Position numbers and translations under genes: made by a program
From: the human T2T-CHM13v2.0 reference genome, Homo sapiens
DNA length: 64,000 nt
Strand: one strand, 5' to 3'
NCBI RefSeq assembly: GCF_009914755.1
Contig: NC_060936.1
Notes under the pieces: model-generated
Seen by the model: only the letters and a program-made list of their open reading frames with translations
Told to the model about the DNA's origin: nothing
Databases searched by the model: none
Shown here: piece by piece, positions 52,200-64,000 of the stretch
Numbering within the stretch: position 1 is the first letter of the stretch
Layout: every line of letters begins with the position of its first letter

Positions 52200-55185
52200 A
52201 ATTTATACTGTTAATCTTTCTCCCATCCTTCCCCAAGGAGACCTTTGGCCTTTTACCTGGGTAACTGTGCACTGGAGAAAGGGAAATGATCAGATATTTT
52301 AGGGACTGCTGGACACTGGCTCTGAGCTGACATTGATTCCAGGGGACCCAAAATGTCAGGCAGTCCTCCAGTCAAAGTAAGGGCTTATGGAGGTCAGGCA
52401 ATTAGTGGAGTTTTAGCTCAGGTTCAACTTACAGTGGGTCCAGTGAGTCCCAGGAGTCATCCTATGGTCATTTTCCCACTGCCAGAATGCATAATTGCCA
52501 TAGACATACTTAGCAGCTGGCAGAACCCCCACATTGGCTCCCTGACTGGTAGAGTGAGGACTACTGTGGTGGGAAAGGCCAAATGGAAGCCACTGAAGCT
52601 ACTTCTACCTAGAAAAATAGTAAATCAAAAACAATATTGCAACCCTGGAGGGATTGCGGAGATTAGTGCCACCATCGAGGACTTGAAAGACACAGGGGTG
52701 ATGATTCACATCACATCCCCGTTCAACTCCCCTATCTGGCCTGTGCAGAAGACAGATGGATCTTAGAGAATGACAGTGGATTACCATAAGCTTAACGAAG
52801 TTGTGACTCCAATTGCAGCTGCTGTACCAGATGTGGTTTCACTTCTTCAGCAAATTAACACATCTCCTGGTACCTAGCATGCAGCCATTGACTTGGCAAA
52901 TGCCTTTTTCTCCATTCCTGTCCATAAGGCCCACCAGAAGCAATTTGCCTTCGGCTGGCAAGGCCAGCAATATACCTTCACTGTCCTACTACAGGGGTAT
53001 ATCAACTCTCCACTTTGTTCCATAATCTTATTCAGAGAGACCTTGATTGCTTTTTGCTTCCACAAGATATCACACTGGTCCATTACATTGATGACACTAT
53101 GTTGACTGGATCCAGTGAGCAAGAAGTAGCAAACACACTGGACTTATTTGTGAGACATTTGCGTGCCAGAGAATGAGAAATACATCCAATTACAGTTCAG
53201 GGACCTTCTACCTCAGTAAAATTTCTAGAGGTCCAGTGGTGTGGGGCCTGTCAAGATACTCCTTCTAATGTGAAGGGTAAATTGCTGCATTTGGCCCCTC
53301 CTACAACCCAGAAAGAGGCACAACATCTAGTGGGCCTATTTGGATTTTGGAGGCAACACATTCGTCATTTGGGTGTGTTACTCCAACTCATTTATTGAGT
53401 GACCCGAAAAGCTGCCAGTTTTGAGGGGGTCCAGAACAGCAGAAAGCTCTGCAACAGGTCCAGCCTGCTGTGCAAGCTGCTCTGCCACTTGGGCCATGTG
53501 ACCCAACAGATCCAATGATGCCTGGGGTGTCAGTGACAGATAGGGATGCTGTTTGGAGCCTTTGGCAGGCCTCCATAGGTGAATCACAGTGGAGGCCTCT
53601 AGGATTTTGGAGCAAGGCCCTGCCATCTTCTGCAGATAACTACTCTCCTTTGGAGAGACAGCTCTTGGTCTGGTACTGGGCTTTGGTGGAAACTGAACAT
53701 TTAACTATGGGTCATCAAGTCACCATGTGACCTGAACTCCCTATCATGAACTGGGTGCTTTCTGACCCATCTAGCCATAAAGTGGGTCATGCATAGCAGC
53801 ATTCTATCATCGAATGGAAGTAGTATAAATGTGACTGGGCTCTAGCAGGTCCTGAAGGCACAAGTCAGTTACATGAGAAAGTGGCTCAAATGCCCATAGT
53901 CTCTACTCCTGCCACCAGGCCTTCTCTCTCCCAGCCTGCATCGATGGCCTCATGAGGAGTTCCCTATGATCAGCTGACAAAGGAAGAGAAGACTAGGGCC
54001 TGGTTCGCAGATAGTTATGCCCAATATGCAGGCATCACCCAAAAGTGGACAGCTGTAGCACTACAGCCCCTTTCTAGGACATCCATGAAGGAGAGCAGTG
54101 AAGGGAAATCTTCCCAGGGGGCAGAACTTCAAGCAGTGCACTTGGTTGTGCACTTTGCATGGAAGGAGAAATGGCCAGATGTGCGATTATACACTGATTC
54201 ATGGGCTGTAGCCAATGGTTTGGCTGGATGGTCAGGGGCTTGGAAGAAGCATGATTGGAAAATTGGTGACAAAGGAATTTGGGGAAGAGGTATGTAGACG
54301 GGCCTCTCTGAGTGGTCAAAAACTGTGAAGACGTTTGTATCCCATGTGAGTGCTCACCAACAGGTGACCTCAGCAGAGGAGGATTTTAATAATCAAGTGG
54401 ATAGGATGACCCATTCTGTGGACACCACTCAGCCTCTTTCCCCAGCCACCGCTGTCATCACCAATGGGCCCATGAACAAAGTGGCTATGGTGGCAGGGAT
54501 AGAGGTTACTCATGGGCTCAGTAATATGGACTTCCACTCGCCAAGGCTGACCTGGCTACAGCCACTGCTGAGTGCCCAACTTGACAGCAGCAGAGACCAA
54601 CACTGAGCCCTCGATATGGCACCATTCCTTGGGGTGATCGGCCAGCTCCCTGGTGGCAGGTTGATTATACTGGAACTCTTTCATCATAGAAAGGGCAGAG
54701 GTTTTTGTCCTCACTGAAATAGACACTTACTCCAGATATGGGTTTGCCTATCCTGCACGCAATGCTTCTGCCAAGACTACCATCTGTGGACTCACAGAAG
54801 GCCTTATCTACCATCATGGTATTCCAAACAACATTGCCACTGACCAAGGCACTCACTTTATAGCTAAAGAAGTGCAGCAGTGGGCTCATGCTCATGGAAT
54901 TTACTGGACTTACCATGTTCCCCATCATCCTGAAGCAGCTGGATTGACAGAACAGTGGAATGGCCTTTTGAAGTCACAATTACAATGCCAACTAGGTGAC
55001 GATACTTTGCAGGGTTGGGGCAAAGTTATCCAGAAAGCTGTGTATGTTCTGAATCAGCATCCAATATATGGCACTGTTCCTCCCATAGCCAGGATTCACG
55101 GGTCCAGGAATCAAGGGGTGGAAATGGAAGTGGCACCACTCACCATCACCCCTAGTGATCCACTAACAAAATTTTTGCTTTCAGT
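52200..55185 (+). pseudogene. pol: HERV-L pro-pol (PR, RT, RNase H, IN), disrupted
   Basis: LLDTG protease motif (DTG 52312-52320); SPFNSPIWPV, DLANAFFSIP, QGYINSP, YIDD (53084-53095); RNase H YTDSWAV; integrase WQVDY, TDQGTHF, GLTEQWNGLLK. Confidence 0.92.
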
Positions 55186-55189
55186 TCAT

Positions 55190-55480
55190 TCGAACATTAT
55201 GTTCTGCTGGCCTAGAGGTCTTAGTTCCAGAGGAAGGAATGCTGCCACCAGGAGGCACAATTACATTAAACTGGAAGTTAAGATTGCCACCTGGACACTT
55301 TGGGTTCCTCCTACCTTTAAGTCAACAGGCTAAGAAGGGAGTTACAGTGTTGGCTGGGGTGACTGACCCAGACTATCAAGATGAAATCAGTCTATGACTC
55401 CACAATGGAAGTAAGTAAGAGTATGCATGAAATACAGGAGATCCTTGGGGCATCTCTTAGTATTACCATGCCTTGTGATT
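55190..55480 (+). pseudogene. HERV-L dUTPase, disrupted
   Basis: 55338-55388 translates GVTVLAGVTDPDYQDEI (dUTPase motif 3), downstream of IN as in ERV-L; no env follows. Confidence 0.78.
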
Positions 55481-56009
55481 AAGGTCAATGAGAAACTAAA
55501 ACAGCCCAATCCCGGCAGGACTACAAATGGCCCAGACCCTTCAGGAATGAAGGTTTGGGTTACTCCACCAGGGAAAACATCACGACATGCTGAGGTGTTT
55601 GCTGAAGGCAGAAGGAATATAGAATGGGTAGTAGAAGAAGGTAGTCATTAGTACCAGCTATGACCAGATGATCAGTTGCAAAAACGAGGACTGTGTCATG
55701 ATTATTTCCTCCTCCTTTTGCTAAAAACATATTTTAGCATGTACATATATGCATAAACTTGTACTAATATTTTCATTTTATTCTCTTTTTCCTTTATTAT
55801 GTGACATAAGATTTATTGACCTCATATCAGCATTTAAGTATTCTTAACTTTATGTAATAGTATTTGGGCTGGGGATTGGTACATTTCCGGTTGTACAAAG
55901 GACAGTTGTATCATGTTAGGCATAATTATGACCTTATTATTGTCTTTATTTGAAGATTATGTATGAGCTCAGGAGATGTTTATGGGTTCAAGTTGACAAG
56001 GGGTGGACT

Positions 56010-56371
56010 TGTGATGGTTAATACTGAGTGTCAACTTGATTGGATTAAAGTGATCAACTTGATTGCAAAGTATTGATCCTGGATGTGTCTGTGAGGGTGT
56101 TGCCAAAGGAGATTAACATCTGAGTCAGTGGGCTGGGAAAGGCTGACCTACCCTTAATCTGGGTGGGCACCATCTAATCAGCTGCCAGCACGGCCAGAAT
56201 ATAAAGCAGCAGAAAAATGTGAAAAGGCTAGACTGGCTTAGCCTCCCAGCCTACATCTTTCTTCTGTGCCGGATGCTTCCTGCCCTCAAAGTTCTTCAGC
56301 TTTGGGACTCAGATGGCCTATTGTGGGACCTTGTGATCATGTGAGTTAATACTACTTAATAAACTCCCCTG

Positions 56372-56414
<43 letters not shown>

Positions 56415-56544
56415 CGAGAGAGATCCTATTAGTTCTTAATAAACTCATGTATATAACATAAACTCTCCTTTACATCCTATTATCCTATTATACAGAACTA
56501 TATTGTATTAGTTCTGTCCCTATTAGAGAACGCTGACTAACAGA
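56010..56544 (+). mobile_element. MLT2A 3' LTR of HERV-L
   Basis: Preceded by PPT aaggggtggac; direct repeat of the 5' LTR; 5-bp TSD ggctg (49913-49917) / ggttg (56545-56549). Confidence 0.93.
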
Positions 56545-56894
56545 GGTTGCAAGTGTGGCATCCAAAAATGAGAGGAGTTCTCATTAGACAAAACTCAAAT
56601 GCACTATGTTCAGTTCTTTATACACAGCTCAGAATTAAATTGACAAACAGGAGCCTAACCATAAAACAAACAAAGTAGTATAATGAAGACAGAAAAATCC
56701 CTAAAGAATTTGTACCTGGCAACAGTTAAAAGAACTAAAAAAAAAAAAGTAAGACTAGAAGAAAAGATCCACAGGAATATGGTCATTCTAAACAAATACT
56801 TAAAGGGCTATTGTGTAGGAAAAGGATTAGATTCAATCAATGTGGCTTTATACGACTAACAGGTAGAATTTATAGGTGGGACTAATTCAATAGA

Positions 56895-57135
56895 TAGTAT
56901 GGCACAGTGGTTAAAAACAAACAGCTCTAGAGTCATAGAACTTGGTTTAAGTCCCAGTCTTAACACTAAGGAGCTCAGCAACTTTAAGATGGTTGCATAA
57001 CTTCTTATACTTACTTTCTCCACTGCAAAATCAGGATAGCAATAATTTCTACTTCATGTGATGACCAAATAATAATGCACAGGAAGCCTCAAGTACAGTG
57101 TAGCATGTATTACATGTTCAATAAATCTTAGTTGA
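56895..57135 (+). mobile_element. MIR
   Basis: agtatggcacagtggttaa...gctctagagtca...ggtttaagtccca...ttctccactgcaaaat. Confidence 0.7.
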
Positions 57136-58089
57136 TTTCAAATCTGAAATAGTTTCAGTCTTCAACAACAACAACTGAAAGTATTCTAACACCAAACCTG
57201 AAGAAATTCAATATAGCAATTGTTAAGCGGGTGGAGCAAGTATTCATCATGGGCTGAGAGTGCAGAATCACTGTTAGACAAGCTTGACATGTTCGACTCC
57301 ATAAAAAGTCAAAGCAACTGCCTAGCAAGAACACACTTTCATTTATACACATGAGTGTGTAACCTCCATGAGCAGAGGCAAAAGGTTAGGCCCAGCTTTC
57401 AAAAGGACTTCCCTGAATTACTTGAAGAAAAGGAACTGAGTTAAAGAAGAGATTTTCTCCATTTTCCCCCAAGTCCCTAATTACTACCTGCTTTAGTGTT
57501 CATTGCACAGCAATGAAATTCTCTATATTAGTTCCAATTCCTGAAGCATTCTGACTTATTACTTCAAAACAACTGATTGTTGCTTGCCAGAAGTGGCCCC
57601 ATGGTAGGCATGGTACATTATGAAATAGTCAAGTGACAAATGTTCAGAGAATCTCAGAACTGGAACCTTCAAGACCAAATGGCCCAACACTGGGAAATAC
57701 CTAATCAACCAAGAGAAGTGGCTGTCTTCTCTTCCCTCCACCCTCCAGGAAATGGTCCCTGGGTTCTCCATTACTTCCGTGTTTTATCACCCTGATGGTA
57801 AGAGAAGGACATAAACCTCTCTTTAAGTTGATTTAAGTGGACTTCTCCTAATAGAAATGGCACATATATCAATATGCAGACTTTTAGAAAAATGATACTA
57901 AGAAGAGTTTTCTAGAGAAGGGGGAGAAGGGTGGAAAGGAACAGGAAAAAGCAAAAGAATATAAAATCAATTAAAATAACTGCCTTTATTAAAGGGAAGA
58001 CGATTAAATTGTACACAAAAAAATAAGACCCATGATGAACTCTGTTGGTATCATATGAGGGCATAATACCCTCATTATGAGGTATTATA

Positions 58090-58565
58090 TGAGTACATAA
58101 CGTCTGTGGTAGTCTCAAAATTTTAACTCCAGTCCAACCATGACAAAAGCATCAGACAGACACACAAGGCATATTCTATAAAATACCTAGCTAGTACTCT
58201 TCAAAAGTATCAAGATCATGAAAAGCCAGGGAAGACTAAGACCGGGTCACAGAATAGAGCAAACTAAGGAGACACAATGACTAGATGCAACTCAGGATCA
58301 TGGATGGGTTCAGGAACAGGAAAAGGACTTTAGTGGAAAAGCTGGTGAAATATGACTGAAGTCTGGAATGCAGTCAAAAGGACTTTAGTGGAAAAGCTGG
58401 TGAAATATGACTGAAGTCTGGAATGCAGTCAGTAGTAATGTACAAATGGTAAATTCTTAGTTTAAACTAATGTCCCCAGTGAGATGCAAATAACAGGGGA
58501 AACAGAGTGGAAGAGAATTCTATGTACGTTTTCACAACTCTTCAGTACAGCTACATTTATTCCAA
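58090..58565 (+). mobile_element. L1MC/MD 3'UTR
   Basis: tattctataaaatacct...tactcttcaaaagtatcaagatcatgaaa...ctaaggagacac...ctagatgcaa...gaacaggaaaaggac. Confidence 0.75.
58321..58430 (+). repeat. Perfect 55-bp tandem duplication
   Basis: aaaaggactttagtggaaaagctggtgaaatatgactgaagtctggaatgcagtc present twice (58321-58375, 58376-58430). Confidence 0.97.
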
Positions 58566-58597
58566 TGTTTACAGTTTCTCTTTTAAAAATGGAGAAT

Positions 58598-60519
58598 CTC
58601 CCTCTCCCTCTCCCTCTCCCTCTCCCTCTCCCTCTCCCTCTCCCTCTCCCTCTGCCTCTGCCTCTCCCTCTCCCTCTCCCTCTCCCTCTCCCTCTCCCTC
58701 CACGGTCTCCTTCCACGGTCTCCTTCCACGGTCTCCCTCTGATGCCGAGCCAAGGCTGGACGGTGCTGCTGCCATCTCGGCTCGCTGCAGCCTCCCTGCC
58801 TGATTCTCCTGCCTCAGCCTGCCGGGTGCCTGCGCACGCCGCCACGCCTGACTGGTTTTCGGTTTTTTTTTGGTGGAGACGGGGTTTTGCTGTGTTGGCC
58901 GGGCTGGTCTCCAGCTCCTAACCGCGAGTGATCCGCCAGCCTCGGCCTCCCGAGGTGCCGGGATTGCAGACGGAGTCTTGTTCACTCGGTGCTCAATGGT
59001 GCCCAGGCTGGAGTGCAGTGGCGTGATCTCGGCTCGCTACAGCCTCCACCTCCCAACCGCCTGCCTTGGCCCCCCAAAGTGCCGAGATTGCAGCCTCTGC
59101 CCAGCCGCCACCCCGTCTGGGAAGTGGGGAGCGTCTCTGCCTGGCCCCCCATCGTCTGGGATAGGGGAGCCTCTCTGCCTGGCTGCCCAGTCTGGAAGGT
59201 GAGGAGCGTCTCTGCCCGGCCGCCATCCCATCTAGGAAGCGAGGAGCACCTCTTCCCCGCCGCCATCCCATCTAGGAAGTGAGGAGCGTCTCTGCCCGGC
59301 CGCCCATCGTCTGAGATGTGGGGAGCACCTCTGCCCGGCCGCCCCTACTGGGAAGTGAGGAGCCCCTCTGCCCGGCCAGCCGCCCCGTCCAGGAGGGAGG
59401 TGGGGGGGTCAGCCCCCTGCCCGGCCGGCCGCCCCGTCCGGGAGGTGAGGGGCGCCTCTGCCCGGCCGCCCCTACTGGGAAGTGAGGACCCCTCTGCCCG
59501 GCCAGCCGCCCCGTCCAGGAGGGAGGTGGGGGGGGTCAGCCCCCCGCCCGGCCAGCCGCCCCGTCCGGGAGGGAGGTGGGGGGGTCAGCCCCCCGCCCGG
59601 CCAGCCGCCCCGTCCGGGAGGGAGGTGGGGGGATCAGCCCCCCGCCTGGCCAGCCGCCCCGTCCGGGAGGTGAGGGGTGCCTCTGCCCGGCCGCCCCTAC
59701 TGGGAAGTGAGGACCCCTCTGCCCGGCCAGCCGCCCCGTCCGGGAGGGAGGTGGGGGGGTCAGCCCCCCGCCCGGCCAGCCGCCCTATCCAGGAGGTGAG
59801 GGGCGCCTCTGCCCGGCCGCCCCTACTGGGAAGTGAGGAGCCCCTCTGCCTGGCCAGCCGCCCCGTCCGGGAGGGTGGTGGGGGGGGTCAGCCCCCGCCC
59901 GGCCAGCCGCCCCATCCGGGAGGTGAGGGGCGCTTCTGCCCGGCCGCCCCTACTGGGAAGTGAGGAGCCCCTCTGCCCGGCCAGGACCCCGTCTGGGAGG
60001 TGTGCCCAGCGGCTCATTGGGGATGGGCCATGATGACAATGGCGGTTTTGTGGAATAGAAAGGCGGGAAGGGTGGGGAAAAAATTGAGAAATCGGATGGT
60101 TGCCGGGTCTGTGTGGATAGAAGTAGACATGGGAGACTTTTCATTTTGTTCTGTACTAAGAAAAATTCTTCTGCCTTGGGATCCTATTGATCTGTGACCT
60201 TATCCCCAACCCTGTGCTCTCTGAAACATGTGCTGTGTCCACTCAGGGTTAAATGGATTAAGGGCGGTGCAAGATGTGCTTTGTTAAACAGATGCTTGAA
60301 GGCAGCGTGCTCCTTAAGAGTCATCACCACTCCCTAATCTTAAGTACCCAGGGACACAAACACTGCGGAAGGCCGCAGGGTCCTCTGCCTAGGAAAACCA
60401 GAGACCTTTGTTCACTTGTTTATCTGCTGACCTTCCCTCCACTATTGTCCTATGACCCTGCCAAATCCCCCTCTGCGAGAAACACCCAAGAATGATCAAT
60501 TAAAAAAAAAAAAAAAAAA
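58598..60519 (+). mobile_element. Full-length SVA retrotransposon (young, D-F lineage; exact subfamily not resolved)
   Basis: (CCCTCT)n 58598-58700, Alu-like region, GC-rich VNTR about 59080-60000, SINE-R to 60500, poly-A; perfect 13-bp TSD aaaaatggagaat (58585-58597, 60520-60532) at a TT/AAAA site. Confidence 0.98.
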
Positions 60520-61975
60520 AAAAATGGAGAATATTTGATCATTAAAGAAATTTTATTCGCATAAGAAAAAGCTACTATGTTTCTGTTAATATCAATCTAT
60601 TGTATGGTTTCTATCGAAAAATGGCTGTCCATCAGGTTTGAAATAACCCTTTGGAAATTGTTTATTTGGTAAAACTTAGTTTCCTCTGTTCACAAGTGAG
60701 GTAATGAGACACAGTCAAAAGAACATTTCACTGTGGAACTTGGTTGCCACAGTCAAAAACATTGGAGGAGTTGTACTAGATTTACTTTTAATTGCCTACC
60801 CGCTCTAAAATGTTATGATTCACTTGAACAAATCATACCATGAGTATGAAAAACAAAAATCTTTTAAAATTAATTTGAGAATATCATTTGTCTGGCTGAG
60901 GCAAGAGGAACTGAGGTGCAGCTGAACTGTTGATATGCTATTGTTTCTTCACCTTATCTAAAAAGTAACAATAAGGGAGGGTGCTCTGGAAACTTGGCAG
61001 GGCAGTCTGGAAATGCTGGGATGGTGATTCTGGGAGGCAAATCTACGAAACAGCAATGGCTTTTAAAGCCAAAAAAAAATGGGGGAAATATATTCATGCA
61101 GAGAATGGCCTAAGGCAAGAGCCGTAAAGACAAGCTATGCAAAAGGATGAGGCACTTGGTCAGGCACTGTCTGCTCCTGGCTGTTAAGAAGGCCAGGGCA
61201 GAGGCAAGCCCAGCTCAGGGAATTCTCTGGGATCCAGCTGCATAAACAATGCATCATGGGAGAAAGGCTGGAGCTTTAAGATAAGACAGAACCCTGAGTT
61301 CCCAATAGGAAAGAACCCTCCTTTTCCAGTGATGATTGTAGTAAGATAAATGATTTAATCTAAAACTGGAGGTAGAAAATGAGAGTAAACCAGCAAGGAT
61401 AATGACCTCAATGACTGGATTACAGGAAAAGCCAGCCTTTCACCAGAAGGATGGAGTGTCTGAAAAAGTGATTCATGCTCTGAACCAGTGCCCAGTGAAT
61501 AATATGAGACCAAGTATCAGCATATAATTACCTAGTGGGTACAGAGCTGTTACCCCAGGTTCCCTTAGATACTCTAAAATAATCTTTGCAAATTTAAAAC
61601 AATTTACTTCACTGTGGATTGAAAGAGGGAAAGAGGAAAGGCACCCATGAAGCGTAAATGTTTATCTTTGAAAGATTAATTCTTCCTGACCAACAGAGGA
61701 GTAAGGCTGCCCAGGCTCATGCCTGTGAAATGTGGGCACCCCTGGAAACCAAGTTTTATCACATGATCCCAGAAAAAGTTTGAGTGTCTCATCCAAAAGC
61801 ACCTAATGGCTATTTTGGGGGATACAGACTATGAGACTATGGGCAGAGCACTATGCCTGGAAAACACAAAAAGAAGAAAATAAAATCCTGCTCTTGAAGA
61901 GGCAATGATGTAAGGGTTGAGTCAAATATGTTTAATAGAAATGCATTATGCCTTTCTATCATAAGGTGACTATCC

Positions 61976-62500
<525 letters not shown>

Positions 62501-62519
62501 AATACAGATTTGTTGTCCC

Positions 62520-62940
62520 AGTCTGCTTTTAGAATTTTTCTCTTTGTCTTTAATACCCTATAGTTCACCAAAGAGTGTCTAGTGGTGGATGTGGTTGTTA
62601 TTTACCATCACTACTCTGAACTCAGTGTGCCTCTTCCACCTGGGGAAGAGTGTTTTTCCTCAGTTTAGCAAGTTCTCACCCACATTCCTCCACATATGGC
62701 CTCTATTCCAGTCTCCCTAGCCTTTCCTTCTAGAATTCAGTTAGACACTGCGGGACCTTCTCAGCCTGTCCTCCAAGCTTTTCATGACTCATCCAAATTC
62801 TTCTTCTTTGTATCTCTCTGTGCTATATTCTGGGTGGTTTCCTCAGATCTCTCCTCCAGAGCCCTAATTCTCTCCTCATCTTTACACAATGTGCTAGCTC
62901 ATTCTTTTCAGAATCTACCTTTATTCACACTATCTGTCCT
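62520..62940 (-). mobile_element. Very old L1 (L1ME/M5) ORF1 relic
   Basis: tttttctctttgtcttt...ctctctgtgctatattctgggtggtttcctcagatct...ctaattctctc. Confidence 0.6.
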
Positions 62941-64000
62941 TCCATTAGGGTTTCTCTACCCTCTTATCTTTTGGGTCATTTCACACACACTTCCTGCATT
63001 GTCTCTGGCAGGTTGTTCCTGAATACTAGTAGCCTACGTGTCCCCTCAAGGTAGCTTCATTCTAAGTCCATCCTCAGTGGAAACTATTTACTGCAAGAAG
63101 ACCTCACTTGCCCAGGGTTAGGAGAGTATCCCTACTGAGTGATTTTGCATGTGTTTCCAATGGGTAGTTTGTCTTCCACATTCTGCGCAAATTTCTCTAC
63201 TTGGGGAGAAATCTGGATCTCTTATAAAGTGACCAATTTAACTCAAAGGACATTTTTTTGTGCATGTCAGTTTCTCTGCAAGGATCTCAGTCTAGAGAAA
63301 ATGAAATAAATAAAACATTCCCATAAGAGATATTGTAAATAAAATGCCTATCCCAGAGAGTAAAACATGGTAAATATTAACCCAATGCTAACTGTCTCCC
63401 TTTTCCATTGCAGTAAGCAGCAATCTTCACTTGGGCTGGTGCTCTGAGAATCCCTCCGTCTCTCTCCAGCTTTTAATCCTTTATTAAGGCCGTTTTTCAC
63501 CATTATGAGAATGAATGGTTATACATTGTTCAAAATAAATGCCATTTTAAAATTATTTTTATTATTATAATTATGTACCAATTATGAAATTGATTTGGGC
63601 AAGCTTTTAATGACTAGTTTTAGCTTTCTGTGATTCTCTATAGATTCCATTAATCCTTCTTTTGTAAGAGTTGAGTTATAATCAATCTCTTACTAGGATC
63701 AATTTCTCATTTGAGGAAATTATCAAGCTATTTCAAAAATTATACTTAGGAGTTCTAAGACAATTGTCAGTTATTACACACCATCAAATTGCTATTTTAA
63801 AAAGTAAGCTAACACATCATTGCCACACTCCTGGAGAGTTTACAAAGATAAATTAAAAATCTAACAATGCAACACTATAACATTTATAACTGTCAGAGAA
63901 GTATATAAATAAATACTGTTCAGCTGCATTTACTGGCTTGACAAGTAGCCTTTCACAGTTAATTACCAAGATTTCCTTTTAACAGATAGACCATTGTCTG

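Noticed and set aside
50603-55651. Retroviral ORFs as functional CDS
   Set aside because: Short fragments separated by stops and frameshifts; decayed HERV-L, with no intact gag or pol.
58051-58092. Short quasi-palindrome ataataccctcattatgaggtattat
   Set aside because: About 26 bp, imperfect and at the edge of an old L1; too small to interpret.
58462-60495. Cluster of long ORFs (up to 215 aa; RG, LP, SP and EG dipeptide runs)
   Set aside because: These are translations of the SVA hexamer, Alu-like, VNTR and SINE-R regions, not genes.

Overview
Hominid (human or other great-ape) nuclear DNA. It is AT-rich and repeat-dense, with no CpG island apart from an SVA, and most likely lies inside long introns of an unidentified minus-strand gene. 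No intact protein-coding gene, RNA gene or CRISPR array is supported; nearly all listed ORFs derive from Alu, L1, ERV, SVA or simple repeats. Main contents: a complete but decayed HERV-L provirus with MLT2A LTRs (49918-56544), a two-LTR MER41A provirus inserted into a Tigger MITE (26582-31980), a full-length young SVA with a perfect TSD (58598-60519), about 13 Alu/FLAM elements, many L1 fragments, L2/MIR/CR1 relics and DNA-transposon MITEs. Most interesting observations: (i) a very young ACG-type L1 3' end with a serial 3' transduction and no TSD (42584-42958); (ii) an older L1 3' transduction bounded by a TSD (38914-39078); (iii) a candidate 15-nt microexon plus a downstream exon on the minus strand (19942-19956; 19504 downward); (iv) several templated-insertion repair scars. 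Repeat subfamily names come from recalled consensus sequences, not from a RepeatMasker run, and boundaries of old elements are approximate. I found no convincing wholly new biological system.
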